This document shows, piece by piece, positions 14,401-28,607 of a DNA stretch of 64,000 nt. The stretch is from Eledone cirrhosa (taxonomy: Eukaryota). Location of the stretch: contig OZ024742.1 of the NCBI GenBank assembly GCA_964016885.1, positions 178,188,001-178,252,000 on the forward strand, read 5' to 3'. The position numbers were made by a program, and so were the translations under genes. The notes beneath the pieces were generated by a model. That model searched no databases and had not been told where the DNA came from. It was given only the letters and a program-made list of their open reading frames with translations. Each line of letters opens with the position of its first letter. Within the stretch, counting starts at the first letter, position 1.

Positions 14401-17400
14401 CACTTTCCCACAATAACAGCACCAACAACAACAACAACAGCAACAACCACGCCATTCCCTTCCACTTTCTCACAATAACAGCAACAACAACAATAACAAC
14501 AACAACAACCACGCCATTCCCTTCCACTTCCCCACAATAACAGCACCAACAACAAAACAACAGCAACAAGCAAGCCATTCCCTTCCACTTTCCCACAATA
14601 ACAGCACCAACAACAACAACAACAGCAACAACCACGCCATTCCCTTCCACTTCCCCACAATAACAGCACCAACAACAAAACAACAACAACAACCACGCCA
14701 TTCCCTTACACTTTCCCACAATAACAGCACCAACAACAACAACAACAGCAACAACCACGCCATTCCCTTCCACTTCCCCACAATAACAGCACCAACAACA
14801 AAACAACAACAACAACCACGCCATTCCCTTACACTTTTCCCACAATAACAGCACCAACAACAAAACAACAGCAACAAGCAAGCCATTCCCTTCCACTTTC
14901 CCACAATAACAGCACCAACAACAACAACAACAGCAACAACCACGCCATTCCCTTCCACTTCCCCACAATAACAGCACCAACAACAAAACAACAACAACAA
15001 CCACGCCATTCCCTTACACTTTCCCACAATAACAGCACCAACAACAACAACAGCAACAACCACGCCATTCCCTTACACTTTTCCCACAATAACAGCAACA
15101 ACAACAATAACAACAACAACAACCACGCCATTCCCTTCCACTTTCCCACAATAACAGCACCAACAACAATAACAACAACAACAACCACGCCATTCCCTTC
15201 CACTTTTCCCACAATAACAGCACCAACAACAATAACAACAGCAACAACCACGCCATTCCCTTCCACTTACCCACAATAACAGCACCAACAACAACAACAA
15301 CAACAACAACCACGCCATTCCCTTACACTTTCCCACAATAACAGCACCAACAACAATAACAACAGCAACAACCACGCCATTCCCTTCCACTTTCCCACAA
15401 TAACAGCACCAACAACAACAACAACAGCAACAACCACGCCATTCCCTTCCACTTTCCCACAATAACAGCACCAACAACAAAACAACAACAACAACCACAC
15501 CATTCCCTTCCACTTTCCCACAATAACAGCACCAACAACAAAACAACAACAACCACGCCATTCCCTTCCACTTTCCCACAATAACAGCACCAACATCAAC
15601 AACAACAGCAACAACCACGCCATTCCCTTCCACTTTCCCACAATAACAGCACCAACAACAATAACAACAGCAACAACCACGCCATTCCCTTCCACTTTTC
15701 CCACAATAACAGCACCAACAACAAAAAAACAACAACAACCACGCCATTCCCTTCCACTTTCCCACAATAACAGCACCAACAACAACAACAACAGCAACAA
15801 CCACGCCATTCCCTTCCACTTTTCCACAATAACAGCACCAACAACAACAACAACAGCAACAACCACGCCATTCCCTTACACTTTCCCACAATAACAGCAC
15901 CAACAACAATAACAACAGCAACAACCACGCCATTCCCTTCCACTTTCCCACAATAACAGCACCAACAACAACAACAGCAACAACCACGCCATTCCCTTAC
16001 ACTTTTCCCACAATAACAGCAACAACAACAATAACAACAACAACAACCACGCCATTCCCTTCCACTTTCCCACAATAACAGCACCAACAACAATAACAAC
16101 AACAACAACCACGCCATTCCCTTACACTTTCCCACAATAACAGCAACAACAACAATAACAACAACAACAACCACGCCATTCCCTTACACTTTCCCACAAT
16201 AACAGCACCAACAACAACAACAACAGCAACAACCACGCCATTCCCTTCCACTTTCCCACAATAACAGCACCAACAACAACAACAACAACAACAACAACCA
16301 CGCCATTCCCTTACACATTTCCCACAATAACAGCACCAACAACAATAACAACAGCAACAACCACGCCATTCCCTTCCACTTTCCCACAATAACAGCACCA
16401 ACAACAACAACAACAGCAACAACCACGCCATTCCCTTCCACTTTCCCACAATAACAGCACCAACAACAAAATAACAACAACAACCACGCCATTCCCTTCC
16501 ACTTTTCCCACAATAACAGCACCAACAACAATAACAACAGCAACAACCACGCCATTCCCTTCCACTTTCCCACAATAACAGCACCAACAACAACAACAAC
16601 AGCAACAACCACGCCATTCCCTTCCACTTTCCCACAATAACAGCACCAACAACAAAACAACAACAACAACCACACCATTCCCTTCCACTTTCCCACAATA
16701 ACAGCACCAACAACAAAACAACAACAACCACGCCATTCCCTTCCACTTTCCCACAATAACAGCACCAACATCAACAACAACAGCAACAACCACGCCATTC
16801 CCTTCCACTTTCCCACAATAACAGCACCAACAACAATAACAACAGCAACAACCACGCCATTCCCTTCCACTTTCCCACAATAACAGCACCAACAACAACA
16901 ACAACAGCAACAACCACGCCATTCCCTTCCACTTTCCCACAATAACAGCACCAACAACAATAACAACAGCAACAACCACGCCATTCCCTTCCACTTTCCC
17001 ACAATAACAGCACCAACAACAACAACAACAGCAACAACCACGCCATTTCCTTCCACTTTCCCACAATAACAGCACCAACAACAATAACAACAGCAACAAC
17101 CACGCCATTCCCTTCCACTTTCCCACAATAACAGCACCAACAACAACAGCAACAACCACGCCATTCCCTTCCACTTTTCCCACAATAACAGCACCAACAA
17201 CAAAAAAACAACAACAACCACGCCATTCCCTTCCACTTTCCCACAATAACAGCACCAACAACAACAACAGCAACAACCACGCCATTCCCTTACACTTTTC
17301 CCACAATAACAGCAACAACAACAATAACAACAACAACAACCACGCCATTCCCTTCCACTTTCCCACAATAACAGCAACAACAACAATAACAACAACAACA

Positions 17401-19925
17401 ACCACGCCATTCCCTTACACTTTCCCACAATAACAGCAACAACAACAATAACAACAACAACAACCACGCCATTCCCTTACACTTTCCCACAATAACAGCA
17501 CCAACAACAACAACAACAGCAACAACCACGCCATTCCCTTCCACTTTCTCACAATAACAGCAACAACAACAATAACAACAACAACAACCACGCCATTCCC
17601 TTACACTTTTCCCACAATAACAGCACCAACAACAAAACAACAGCAACAAGCAAGCCATTCCCTTCCACTTTCCCACAATAACAGCACCAACAACAACAAC
17701 AACAGCAACAACCACGCCATTCCCTTCCACTTCCCCACAATAACAGCACCAACAACAAAACAACAACAACAACCACGCCATTCCCTTACACTTTCCCACA
17801 ATAACAGCACCAACAACAACAACAACAACAACCACGCCATTCCCTTACACTTTTCCCACAATAACAGCACCAACAACAATAACAACAGCAACAACCATGC
17901 CATTCCCTTACACTTTCCCACAATAACAGCACCAACAACAACAACAACAGCAACAACCACGCCATTCCCTTACACTTTTCCCACAATAACAGCACCAACA
18001 ACAAAACAACAACAACAACCACGCCATTCCCTTCCACTTTCCCACAATAACAGCACCAACAACAAAACAACAGCAACAACCACGCCATTCCCTTCCACTT
18101 TCCCACAATAACAGCACCAACAACAAAACAACAACAACAACCACGCCATTCCCTTCCACTTTCCCACAATAACAGCAACAACAACAAAACAACAACAACA
18201 ACCACGCCATTCCCTTCCACTTTCCCACAATAACAGCACCAACAACAACAACAACAGCAACAACCACGCCATTCCCTTACACTTTTCCCACAATAACAGC
18301 ACCAACAACCACAACAACAGCAACAACCACGCCATTCCCTTCCACTTTCCCACAATAACAGCACCGACAACAAAATAACAGCAACAACCACGCCATTCCC
18401 TTCCACTTTCCCACAATAACAGCACCGACAACAACAACAACAACAACCACGCCATTCCCTTACACTTTTCCCCACAATAACAGCACCAACAACAACAACA
18501 ACAGCAACAACCACGCCATTCCCTTCCACTTTCCCACAATAACAGCACCAACAACAAAACAACAACAACAACCACGCCATTCCCTTCCACTTTCCCACAA
18601 TAACAGCACCAACAACAAAACAACAACAACAACCACGCCATTCCCTTCCACTTTTCCCACAATAACAGCACCAACAACAAAACAACAGCAACAACCACGC
18701 CATTCCCTTACACTTTTCCCACAATAACAGCACCAACAACAACAGCAACAACCACGCCATTCCCTTCCACTTTTCCCACAATAACAGCACCAACAACAAA
18801 AAAACAACAACAACCACGCCATTCCCTTCCACTTTCCCACAATAACAGCACCAACAACAACAACAGCAACAACCACGCCATTCCCTTACACTTTTCCCAC
18901 AATAACAGCACCAACAACAATAACAACAGCAACAACCACGCCATTCCCTTCCATTTTCCCGCAATAACAGCACCAACAACAAAACAACAACAACAACCAC
19001 GCCATTCCCTTACACTTTTCCCACAATAACAGCACCAACAACAACAACAGCAACAACCAGGCTATTCCCTTCCACTTTCCCACAATAACAGCACCAACAA
19101 CAATAACAACAACAACAACCACGCCATTTCCTTCCACTTTCCCACAATAACAGCACCAACAACAACAACAACAACAACAACCACGCTATTCCCTTCCACT
19201 TTCCCACAATAACAACACCAACAACAACAAAACAACAACAACCACGCCATTCCCTTCCACTTTCCCACAATAACAGCACCAACAACAACAACAACAGCAA
19301 CAACCACGCCATTCCCTTCCACTTTCCCACAATAACAGCACCAACAACCACAACAACAGCAACAACCACGCCATTCCCTTCCACTTTCCCACAATAACAG
19401 CACCAACAACAACAACAACAGCAACAACCACGCCATTCCCTTACACTTTTCCCCACAATAACAGCACCAACAACAAAAAAACAACAACAACCACGCCATT
19501 CCCTTACACTTTCCCACAATAACAGCACCAACAACAATAACAACAGCAACAACCACGCCATTCCCTTCCACTTTCCCACAATAACAGCACCAACAACAAA
19601 ACAACAGCAACAACCACGCCATTCCCTTCCACTTTCCCACAATAACAGCACCAACAACAACAACAGCAACAACCACGCCATTCCCTTCCACTTTCCCACA
19701 ATAACAGCACCAACAACAAAACAACAGCAACAACCACGCCATTCCCTTACACTTTTCCCACAATAACAGCACCAACAACAAAACAACAGCAACAACCACG
19801 CCATTCCCTTACACTTTTCCCCACAATAACAGCACCAACAACAAAACAACAGCAACAACCACGCCATTCCCTTACACTTTTCCCCACAATAACAGCATCA
19901 ACAACAAAACAACAGCAACAACCAC
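11410..19925. repeat. Minisatellite, ~56-65 bp unit, roughly 140 copies
   Basis: Unit CCACGCCATTCCCTT(C/A)CACTTTCCCACAATAACAGCAC followed by a variable (CAA)n. Degenerate units at ~11070-11410. Confidence 0.97.
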
Positions 19926-20444
19926 GACGACGAAGACTGTCTTTCCCTTCCTCTTCCTCGACTTTCCTCTTAAACTTAAAGCACAAACCAAACTAAACAG
20001 CCAAACTATAATATATATAACTGATCTCCGCCGCAGTTTCTTTCCGCCATAAAATAATAACTTTGTGGCTTTTGATTGATCTGTTGTGTCGACATTGATG
20101 GCCACATTCTGGCTATCTTTTCTTAGTGTCTAGCTACAAAATAACTGACTGTTTAATATGCTGGTACAACAACAGTAACAATAACAAAAGTAACAACAAC
20201 AGTTGCAAAGACAGCAACAGCAATAAAAACAACAGCAACATCAGTAACAACAACAGTGGCCTATGTTGTACATGTAGGACAGCTGCGGCACAAGACTAAG
20301 GAGAAGCAATAATTAATGTCTGCCTGCGTGGCTATGTGGATGTGTGGTTGTGTGTGTGTGTTTGTGTATGAGTGTGGCTGTGTGAATGTGGCTGTGTGGC
20401 TAGTGTCTAGCTACAAAATAACTGACTGTTTAATATGCTGGTAC

Positions 20445-20970
20445 AACAACAGTAACAATAACAAAAGTAACAACAACAGTAGCAACGACAGCAACAGCAA
20501 TAATAACAACAACCGTAACAACAATAACAAACAATAACAACAGTAACAACAACAGTAACAACAGCAACAGTAACAACAACAACAACAACAACAGCAGTAA
20601 CAATAACAGCAGTAACAATAACAGCAGTAGCAACAACAGTAACAACAGCAGTAACAATAACAGCAGTAACAATAACAGCAGTAGCAACAACAGTAACAAC
20701 AGCAGTAACAATAACAGCAGTAGCAACAACAGTAACAACAGCAGTAACAATAACACCAGTAACAATAACAGCAGTAACAATAACAACAGTAACAATAACA
20801 GCAGTAACAATAACAGCAGTAGCAACAACAGTAACAACAACAACAGTAACAACAACAACAACAGCAGTAACAATAACAGTAACAACAACAACAGTAACAA
20901 CAACAACAAGGACCACTACAACAACAACAACAGCAACAACAGCAGTAGCATCGACGGCAACAGCAACAAA
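20445..20970. repeat. Compound (AAC/AGT/AGC)n trinucleotide repeat
   Basis: Visible ACAGCAGTAACAATA-type periodicity. Confidence 0.9.
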
Positions 20971-21029
20971 AGTCTATTGCCATCTTCCTTTGAAAAGAAA
21001 CAAGGAATATTCTTTGTAATGGTCTACAA

Positions 21030-21366
21030 CAGTGGTTCTCAAACCCTTTTTTTGCCAATGGCACACCTTGGAACACATGAAAAAATAGCGGCACACCTGA
21101 CTAAATATATATGAAAAATATTTGAATTTTACAACAAAAAAAACATGGCATGTCACAGACGGCATACAACCGTAGACACAGACTATTCATAGACATAGAG
21201 AATGACTCAAACTAAATAGAGAAACACACAGCTATGAACTTACTTTATTGCAGTGTTTCGAATTTCATCAGTTAAATAGCTGTCTTCTTTAGTGAGAAAT
21301 TTATGCCGTTCAAAATTTCGTGGCACACTTTGGAAGATCTCGCGGCACACTGGTTGAGAATCACTC
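21030..21366. mobile_element. hAT-type MITE
   Basis: Termini CAGTGGTTCTCAA / TTGAGAATCACTC, with an 8-bp TSD GTCTACAA / GTTTACAA. Confidence 0.8.
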
Positions 21367-21409
21367 GTTTACAACAATGATGTGTGTGAGAGAGAGAGAG
21401 AGAGAGAGA

Positions 21410-21481
<72 letters not shown>

Positions 21482-21694
21482 CTGTATGTGTGTGTATGTG
21501 TGTGTATGTGTGTGTGTGTGTGTGTGCGCGTGAGAATGTGTGTTTGTGAGTGTATGTATGAATGTGTGAGTGTATGTGTGTGCATGTGTGTGTATGTGTG
21601 TGTGTAGTTAATTTATCTGTTAGTCATAACTTGACAAAAGTTGAGGCCAATTGTAACCAGATGAAGTACGTCTTCGTTGTACCAATATAGTGGG

Positions 21695-24600
21695 TTTTTT
21701 TGTTTTTGTTTTTTTATTCGCGGTTGTATAAATAACTGTTTCTACTTTAGGCACAAGGCCAGCAATTATCCAGTGCATTACTGGTACTTTATTTTATCGA
21801 CCCCGTAAGGATGAAAGCAAAGTTAACCGCGGTTGTATAAATAACATTACAAATGTACAGTGACAACAAAGATAATACGTCATTAATGTGGATATAAGTT
21901 GTAACGATGAAAGAATGGTATTTAACTAATGTATTGGTACGCGATGGGGCCCGCCCACAGCCCCGGCGGACAGAATGGAGAAGGCGTTTCCCCGGAGGAC
22001 GGCAAGGGAGACGCGCTGGAAAAGTCACTCCAACTCGCGGGGCTTACACCTGCGGCTGGCCAGCTCAGCGCCTATGGTGGTGAGTAAGGAGGTAGCTGTG
22101 GGGCCGAGGACACCAGAAGTTTCCACTGCCAGGGGAACGACCGCAAACCTGTCGGAGAGCGACCGGTATTTGAGGAGTTTGGCCCCCTCAGCCCGACGTG
22201 CAGCAGAACCTGGGTCAGTCGCAGACTGCACCAGGTTGCGGCTGCAGAAAGTGTCGGTGCAAGTGGCATCCCAGACGAGGGGTTTGCCACCGCGAAACGG
22301 GAAGATGGTCATGCCATCTGGCCTTTTGCCGTCCCCTCGATCCAGCCCCACCGGCTCGAGCTGGAAATGGAAGCCTGCAGCGTCCAAGCCATGCTTAATG
22401 ACCTCGTTGAGAGCAGTATGGCGTGGAATGCGGCCGGCACTGTGGCGACAGGAAAGCGGGTGGAGGCCGAAAGAGTCCACGGTGGAACCGCAGCGACATT
22501 GGTGTGGCTGGCAGATCCGAAGGCCGAGGCTCAGGGAAACGCCGATTCGCAGGCTATGGTTGTCTAGCTGCGTGCCAGTGGAGAAGGAGGGCAGAGCATG
22601 GAGCCAGACACCACTGTGGGGTTTGGAGGCCGCACGAAAACAAGCAAGGCGGTGCTGGTCGAGCTGGCGTGTGAGCCTGTCTGAGGCCAGGCTGCACTGG
22701 ATGGCATCCCAAGTGCGTTGGGAGGACTTGACGTCAACATGTGAAGGAGGAGAGACGTCTACTGGGCTAAGTCCCAGCCGGTCCCACGTGTCACAGGCGG
22801 CCTCACATTCTCTGAACACAGAAGGTTATGTTGTGTTTTGAAGAACCCTGCTGACGAGGACGCGGCACGAGGTTACCGACGAAAGATACGCCGGCAAAGC
22901 TAGTGAGATCGGGAATCGGAGGCCTAGGCCGCCATACCTGTCCGGTAAAGTGGCCTGTTGCCACCCTATGTCGTCAAACTTGACGTTGGATATCCTCTCG
23001 GCTGCTGCTTGGATACAAGTATCGAGGTCAGCGAGGAGAGATGTCTGGGTGTAGCATGGAGCGCTGCGGAGTGTATAGAGGAGCTTCGGCATGGCGAAGC
23101 AGTTCCTCAGCAGAAAGAGAGCTGGGTGGCCGTCAATTAAGCCCAGTCGGCTCGTGAGAGTCTGGAGCTGTTGAAGCCTAGACCTGATGGTGGAGCGGAT
23201 GGCCGGAGGGTGGATCAGTGACCCGAGGATGAGGACATCCTCTTTGGGGGTCACCTGAACCTGGCGGAGAATGGACCGCATGTCCAAGACGGAGGCTGCA
23301 AAGCTCGCAGCATCGAGCCTGACGTTCACCACCTCCGACTTGGCCGAGTTGACCTGGAGGCCGATTCCCGCCAGGGCAGGAATCACCGATTGAAGTTCTT
23401 GGCAGACCGTCCGTACGGGACCTCCCAACGTAGCATCATCCAGATACCAAACGTTGAGAGGGGCCGTGATACTCCGGGCGATGTGGTCAATACCAAGGGC
23501 GAACAGGAGGGGTCCCAAAGTGTCGCCCTGTTGGACCCCAGTATCCGAGGGTATGACCGTATCAGCAGCTAGGAGCATGCTCGGGGCTCCATATGACAGG
23601 TAGGCCAGCGGGTAGGCAGAGGGGGCTCGGCTGAGGCAGGCCTCGATCAGATGATCCCGGCGTAAAGAGTTAAAGGCATTCCTCATGTCAAGCTTGACAA
23701 TAAGGTATCTGGAGTCCCTGGATGCCGGTACCGATAGGCAGCTGCTGAAGAACTGCCTGATTGCATGAGAGGCTCCCTCACAGCCACCGAACACGCCGAC
23801 CCCAGTTGCACCCGACTAAACTCCTCACCCAGATCGTGTGTGACGGACTTGCAGATCACCTTAGCAGCCAGTCTCCGGAAGACATTGCCCACAGCAATGG
23901 GGCGTATGCCACCCTCTTTCTTCCTGAGAGCGGTGAGGCTGGCCGAAAAAAAGAGGCCTCGGGCGTAAGGGTCGAGGGCACCATGAATGAGCCTATTGGT
24001 GAACGCCACAATTGCACTCAGAAGGCGGGGCCGGGCCTCAGCGGAGAGGGGGGATGTCAACTCCTTGGGGTGGCCTGGTCGGAGACCATCAACATCTCCG
24101 CAGCTGCTAGCTGGGAAGGACCTGATGGTGGACATGATATCTGCATCAGTAGCCACAAGGAGCAGGTGGGGGTCGGGTGGGGGTATGGGTCTGAGATCAG
24201 TGGGTGGTTCAGGGTGTTTGAGCCGCAGAGCAGCCAGGATCTCCTCGGTGGGTTGGAGGACAGTGTCCTCTGAGGCAACAACTCTGACTGCGGCCGAGAC
24301 ATCACCCATGATAAGCTTTGCGTTTACCCGGTCACGCAAACGCTTGGCGATGGCCTCGGGGGTGGAGGATAGGGGGTACCTGAGGGTGGGGTGTGTGGCG
24401 TCCCTGGGTATGCTTGGAATGGGCGCTCGCCCAAATGACGAGACATTGGCCTTGACGAAGGCTGCTGTTGGTCAGCGCCAGAGCTGGGGAGGTCGAGGGC
24501 AAGTGGGGCGAAATAGAACAACAGCTCCCAGTCACTGGCTCGATTGGAGTCCAGGGCGCTCTCAATCGAGGAAGCGAGGGCATCGGCTACCGGCACCCGT

Positions 24601-24997
24601 GTCGCTCCCGGGATCCTGAGTGGGATCTTCCAGAGCCGCCTGAGCCGAGCGATGTTGACCAGCGAGTCTCGGGCGTCAGGCAAGCTCGCTGTCCCATCTG
24701 GTGGTGTGCCAGACGGCCGTGGCTGGGAAGGCGTGGGGAAGAGGCAGCTCCTGCACCTCCACGCTGCGAGGGCATTGGAAGCTCGACGAGTCAAGCCAAC
24801 GCAGGTGAGGTGGTGGAAGCAGCCGCACCCCAAACAGTTCCGGCCCCTCTTCAGTTTGTTAGTGGTGCCGCAAGTGCTGTAGGTGTCGATTTGGAGGGGT
24901 AGGGGATGGGCGTAATGTGGTAACTGCTTGTTGTGTAGTGTGTTTTGGGATAGCTTAGGTTTGATGTAGTTAGGTGTTGGGTAGAAGTGTGTGAAAT
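21695..24997 (-). mobile_element. CRE-type non-LTR retrotransposon (PHD finger-RT-Zn knuckle-RLE), near full length but frameshifted
   Basis: PHD-like CLGC..HLTC..WRCRSC; RT motifs GGIRPIAVG, GVQQGD, WYLDD and GGLGL; CRC..H..SC..RH..LN; RLE motif RPDG; terminal (stop)LFQRVSLAVLRGNA. An AATAAA plus A-rich tail lies at 21695-21718. Markedly GC-rich. Confidence 0.88.
21737..21827 (-). mobile_element. 5'-truncated SINE inserted in the CRE 3' UTR
   Basis: Family core, with an 18-bp TSD CGCGGTTGTATAAATAAC at 21719-21736 and 21828-21845. Confidence 0.85.
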
Positions 24998-25019
24998 ATT
25001 ATATATATATATATATATA

Positions 25020-25315
25020 ACAAAGAGGGTGTGGTAAGATACCAGGTGGACCATAACGCAACAGAGTACTCAATACTTAGGGTAGTATAGTAAGTATAGT
25101 AGGTAATGGGAAAAGAGTCAGGACCCCGACTTCGACTGCAAACCATCCATGAGGCTTATAAACCCGACCAAGTCGGATATAGGGAAGATCAGTAAAAGGA
25201 TTAGGGATCGCGTTATACCCAAAATAAAGCAAAATGTGAGGCTAAGCCTTTGGATTAGCACCCAGGAAGTCATCTCTTGGATTAAGAATATTATCGAGGA
25301 GGATAAAAGGATACC
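25020..25315 (+). mobile_element. PLE fragment: inverted terminal repeat joined to an RT piece
   Basis: 25020-25130 is the reverse complement of the 2430-2530 family. 25131-25310 encodes KPSMRLINPTKSDIGKISKRI..LWISTQEVISWI, a Naiad-like PLE RT segment. Confidence 0.75.
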
Positions 25316-26201
25316 ACTTTGGGGTCATGTCTCTTTTTCTATATATATAGAGAGAGAGAGATGTGTCTGTGTGTGTGTGCGCGCGCGTATGTGTGTGTAA
25401 GTGTGTGTGTATACTCATTTGTTGTCCCCTATCTTTACGTTATTGTTTTGTCTCTCATATGTATCTCTCCGGCAGTTAGACATAGACCGTCGTGCAACAT
25501 AGACTCAGTATTATGCAATGAACCCCCTTATACGCGAAATTGCATTGCCTAGGAGATGGCTGAAGAGGAAGTTGGATGCTTTTGTTTATTTTTCCAGATA
25601 TTGCAATATAACGATGGGTGAGCAACAATCAAAGTATCCCGGAAAAAATTAACTCAGATACAGCATAGATTATATTTGCCTCGTCGCTCTAGGGTTTGCA
25701 AAAAAAAAGTAGCAGAAATATGTTGGGACTCTGTCAGTTTCCGGCGACGTGTATTCTAGTTGTTCGAACAACGGAACAGCTTGTAAGTGATTGAGTATTC
25801 CACAGGCTTCTGTACATAATTTTCGAGGAGAATCTGCGTGACAGCGTGTTACATAGCTGGTCATTTGAAATTGAGGAATAATTTAAATTTACCAGATTAG
25901 TTGACCGGACAATGGCGAGATAAAGCGTTTTGCTGGTGGTCTTACAAATGCGAGCCGATCACCATAACCACTGAACCACACGCTTTCCCATTCTGTAGTA
26001 GACATAACTAATTATTATCTTCACTACAAAAGCTTGTCATGTGTGAAATGAAAGGAAATTACTGTTTTATGTCATTTAATGATGATTTCTGATTTAGGCT
26101 CAAGTCCAACAATTTTGGCGAAGAGGAAAGTCAATTAAATAGACCCCAGTGTATTACTGGTGCTATATTTTATCGACCCTGTGTGTGTATGTGTGTGTGT
26201 G

Positions 26202-26275
<74 letters not shown>

Positions 26276-26684
26276 TCTGTACTATTGTGTACTATTTACT
26301 TGTAGTAGTAAGTACTAACTCTTGCGTGCGAAAGAGGTCAGGTTTGACGTAGCATATCCTTCGGAGAATCAGATCACAAGCTGAGTTGGGTGGTGAGGTC
26401 CCGTGTTCGGAAACGTGGGGTGCCTGGTTGCACACAGGGTAGTACTCTGTGGACGTACATCGCTTCGCTAATTCGGAGCACCTTTACATAGGAACTCACA
26501 TCGACGAGCATCAAGGACAGATGGTATAACCACCCCATTCCTTTAATACCAGGCACCCCACGTTTCTGTGATTCAACCTGCATACTGAGGTGTCGGTAAA
26601 CAACCAACACATACGCAAAATTATATATATATATATATGCATACACACACACACACAAACATACACATACATTATATATATATA

Positions 26685-26874
26685 TATTAAAATAACAGAT
26701 TTAAGTTTAAGTAAAGAATCGCTGCTTTCACCCTTCACGGGATCTTCTGAAGCTCAGAGTTTCAGAAGATCCCGTTAATAAATATTTGCTCTGTGGTTTT
26801 ATATATATATTTTTTAATATATATTATTCTTATCGAGCCCTCTTCGGATTTTAGTCTTCACATTTATTATTATT

Positions 26875-26880
<6 letters not shown>
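26685..26880 (-). mobile_element. Short (TA)n-flanked repeat family with a small fold-back
   Basis: Copies at ~4058-4125 (inverted) and 32291-32435. It carries an HHR-like CAGAAGA tCCC gttaa GGGt GAAA motif. Confidence 0.65.
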
Positions 26881-26935
<55 letters not shown>

Positions 26936-26938
<3 letters not shown>

Positions 26939-27275
26939 AGTTAAAACAAAAAACAAAAAACAAAGCGAAGAGGCAGTACAAAGTGTTAATATTAGGTGCA
27001 CGCTTGAGAGTACGAAGTTTTGGGCATAAGCCCTTCATCGGAAGAAAAGTGGGCAGGAAAAGAGTTCCGAGGGTGTGAGGGGAGTGGTGGAAAGACATTA
27101 AAAGGGGGTAAAAGGGGAGGAAAAAAATTGTTTAGAAGGTAAAAAAAATTTAAATGAAACAAATGGTGAAAGAGTCTGAGGTGTGTAGGGGTTCGGGTGG
27201 GTGGATGGAGGGGGGGAGACAGGGGGGTCCGAGTGGCGAGGGCGGAATATAGTATGTGTGTATGTGTGTAGGTGT

Positions 27276-27319
<44 letters not shown>

Positions 27320-27900
27320 ATGTGAATGTGAGAGTTTGGGGAAGAACGAGGTTCCATGTTCGGGTAATAGGGAAACCAGTGAGGTGGGGTGTAATTCAGT
27401 GTGTGTGTGCGTGTGGATGGAGAAGGGTCAGAGGGGGGAATTCGGAAGCTGAGTGTGTGTATGTGAGGATACGCACGTGTGTGTGTGTTTGATTTTGTGT
27501 GGTGTGCATGTATGGTTGTGTGGAGCAAAAATAGTGTAAATGGATGTCTTTCCGCGGAGTCTGGGAACGGATGTTGAGAATTCCTAGTATAGCAGGGTGG
27601 ATGCCTGGAGCGCTGGACCGGTGGTGTAGAATCTGTGGTGTGGAATGTGTGTATGTGTGTGCGAAGGTGCGGTGGACAGGGTAGGGGATGGGTATGTGTG
27701 AAAGGTTGAGTGAGAGGTTGGCGGTGTGGAGTGTATATTAGTGGAGGTGTTAGTGGGATGTGTGTGGAGGGGGGGAGTACGGGGAGAGAGAAGGTGCTGG
27801 GGGCAGTGTGAGGGAATGTAATGTACTGGTGTGTGTGTGCGTGTTTGGATATGTGTGTGGTAGATGGGTGTTAGTATTACTGGTGTTGGTGGTGGGGATT
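26936..27900 (-). mobile_element. Probable PLE 3' region with a degenerate HHR
   Basis: The minus strand at ~27012-27042 reads CCGATGA a GGGC ttat GCCC AAAAC. The body is CA-rich and bounded by (TA)n. Confidence 0.5.
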
Positions 27901-27901
27901 T

Positions 27902-27931
<30 letters not shown>

Positions 27932-27932
<1 letters not shown>

Positions 27933-28566
27933 TTGGTTTGCGACAACAACATGACGGTAACATAGACAACATAGAAATCACCCAGCAGGTAGACAAATCA
28001 GAGAGGCAAGCGAAATAGAGCTTAGAAAACCTAAGCTAAACAGAAAAAATTGAATGGAATAACAACACCCAAACAAACAATACTAACTTAAGAGAAGTAT
28101 AAATAAATAAATATATACACAAGCAAAATAACAACAAACACATATAAACACACTAATAAACTAAGATAGAATGCAATAACCAAAACACACTCACCCAAAC
28201 GCGAACACACACACCAAACACTATATACACACGCAAACGCATGCGCAGAGAAGAAGACAAAATAAATAAATAAATAAATAAACAGATAAAATAAAAATGG
28301 TGTAGACATACAATACAACAGAAGGAAACATAATAGTACCACTGATGATGTTGCAGATGTGCAGCGAAAGAACTTTGTTAGACTGTATATATATATATTT
28401 ATATCTGTATTTTTGACCGTTGGTCAATCAATGATAAGCATTGATTGCCGAATAAATTAACTATGGAGATATAAAAGATACAGAAGCGAAAACCAACCAA
28501 ACAATGAGTGTGTTCTGTTATTATTTCTGGCAATATTATTACATCAATATGACCCTCTCCAAGTAT

Positions 28567-28572
<6 letters not shown>
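27932..28572 (+). mobile_element. PLE-type terminal repeat with HHR at 28338-28379
   Basis: CTGATGA t GTTGCA gatg TGCAGC GAAA GAAC TT. Homologous to 38357-38884 and flanked by (TA)n. Confidence 0.75.

Positions 28573-28603
<31 letters not shown>

Positions 28604-28607
<4 letters not shown>

Noticed and set aside
11410-19925. CRISPR-like constant repeat with a variable spacer
   Set aside because: The variable parts are only (CAA)n length variants. There are no unique spacers, no cas genes, and the context is eukaryotic.
11410-19986. Long overlapping minus-strand ORFs (L/V/C/W-rich, up to 657 aa)
   Set aside because: They are open in all frames because the minisatellite strand lacks stops, and unit indels shift the frame constantly.
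21975-24902. Plus-strand ORFs over the CRE element
   Set aside because: They are antisense shadows of a GC-rich coding strand, with no motifs.
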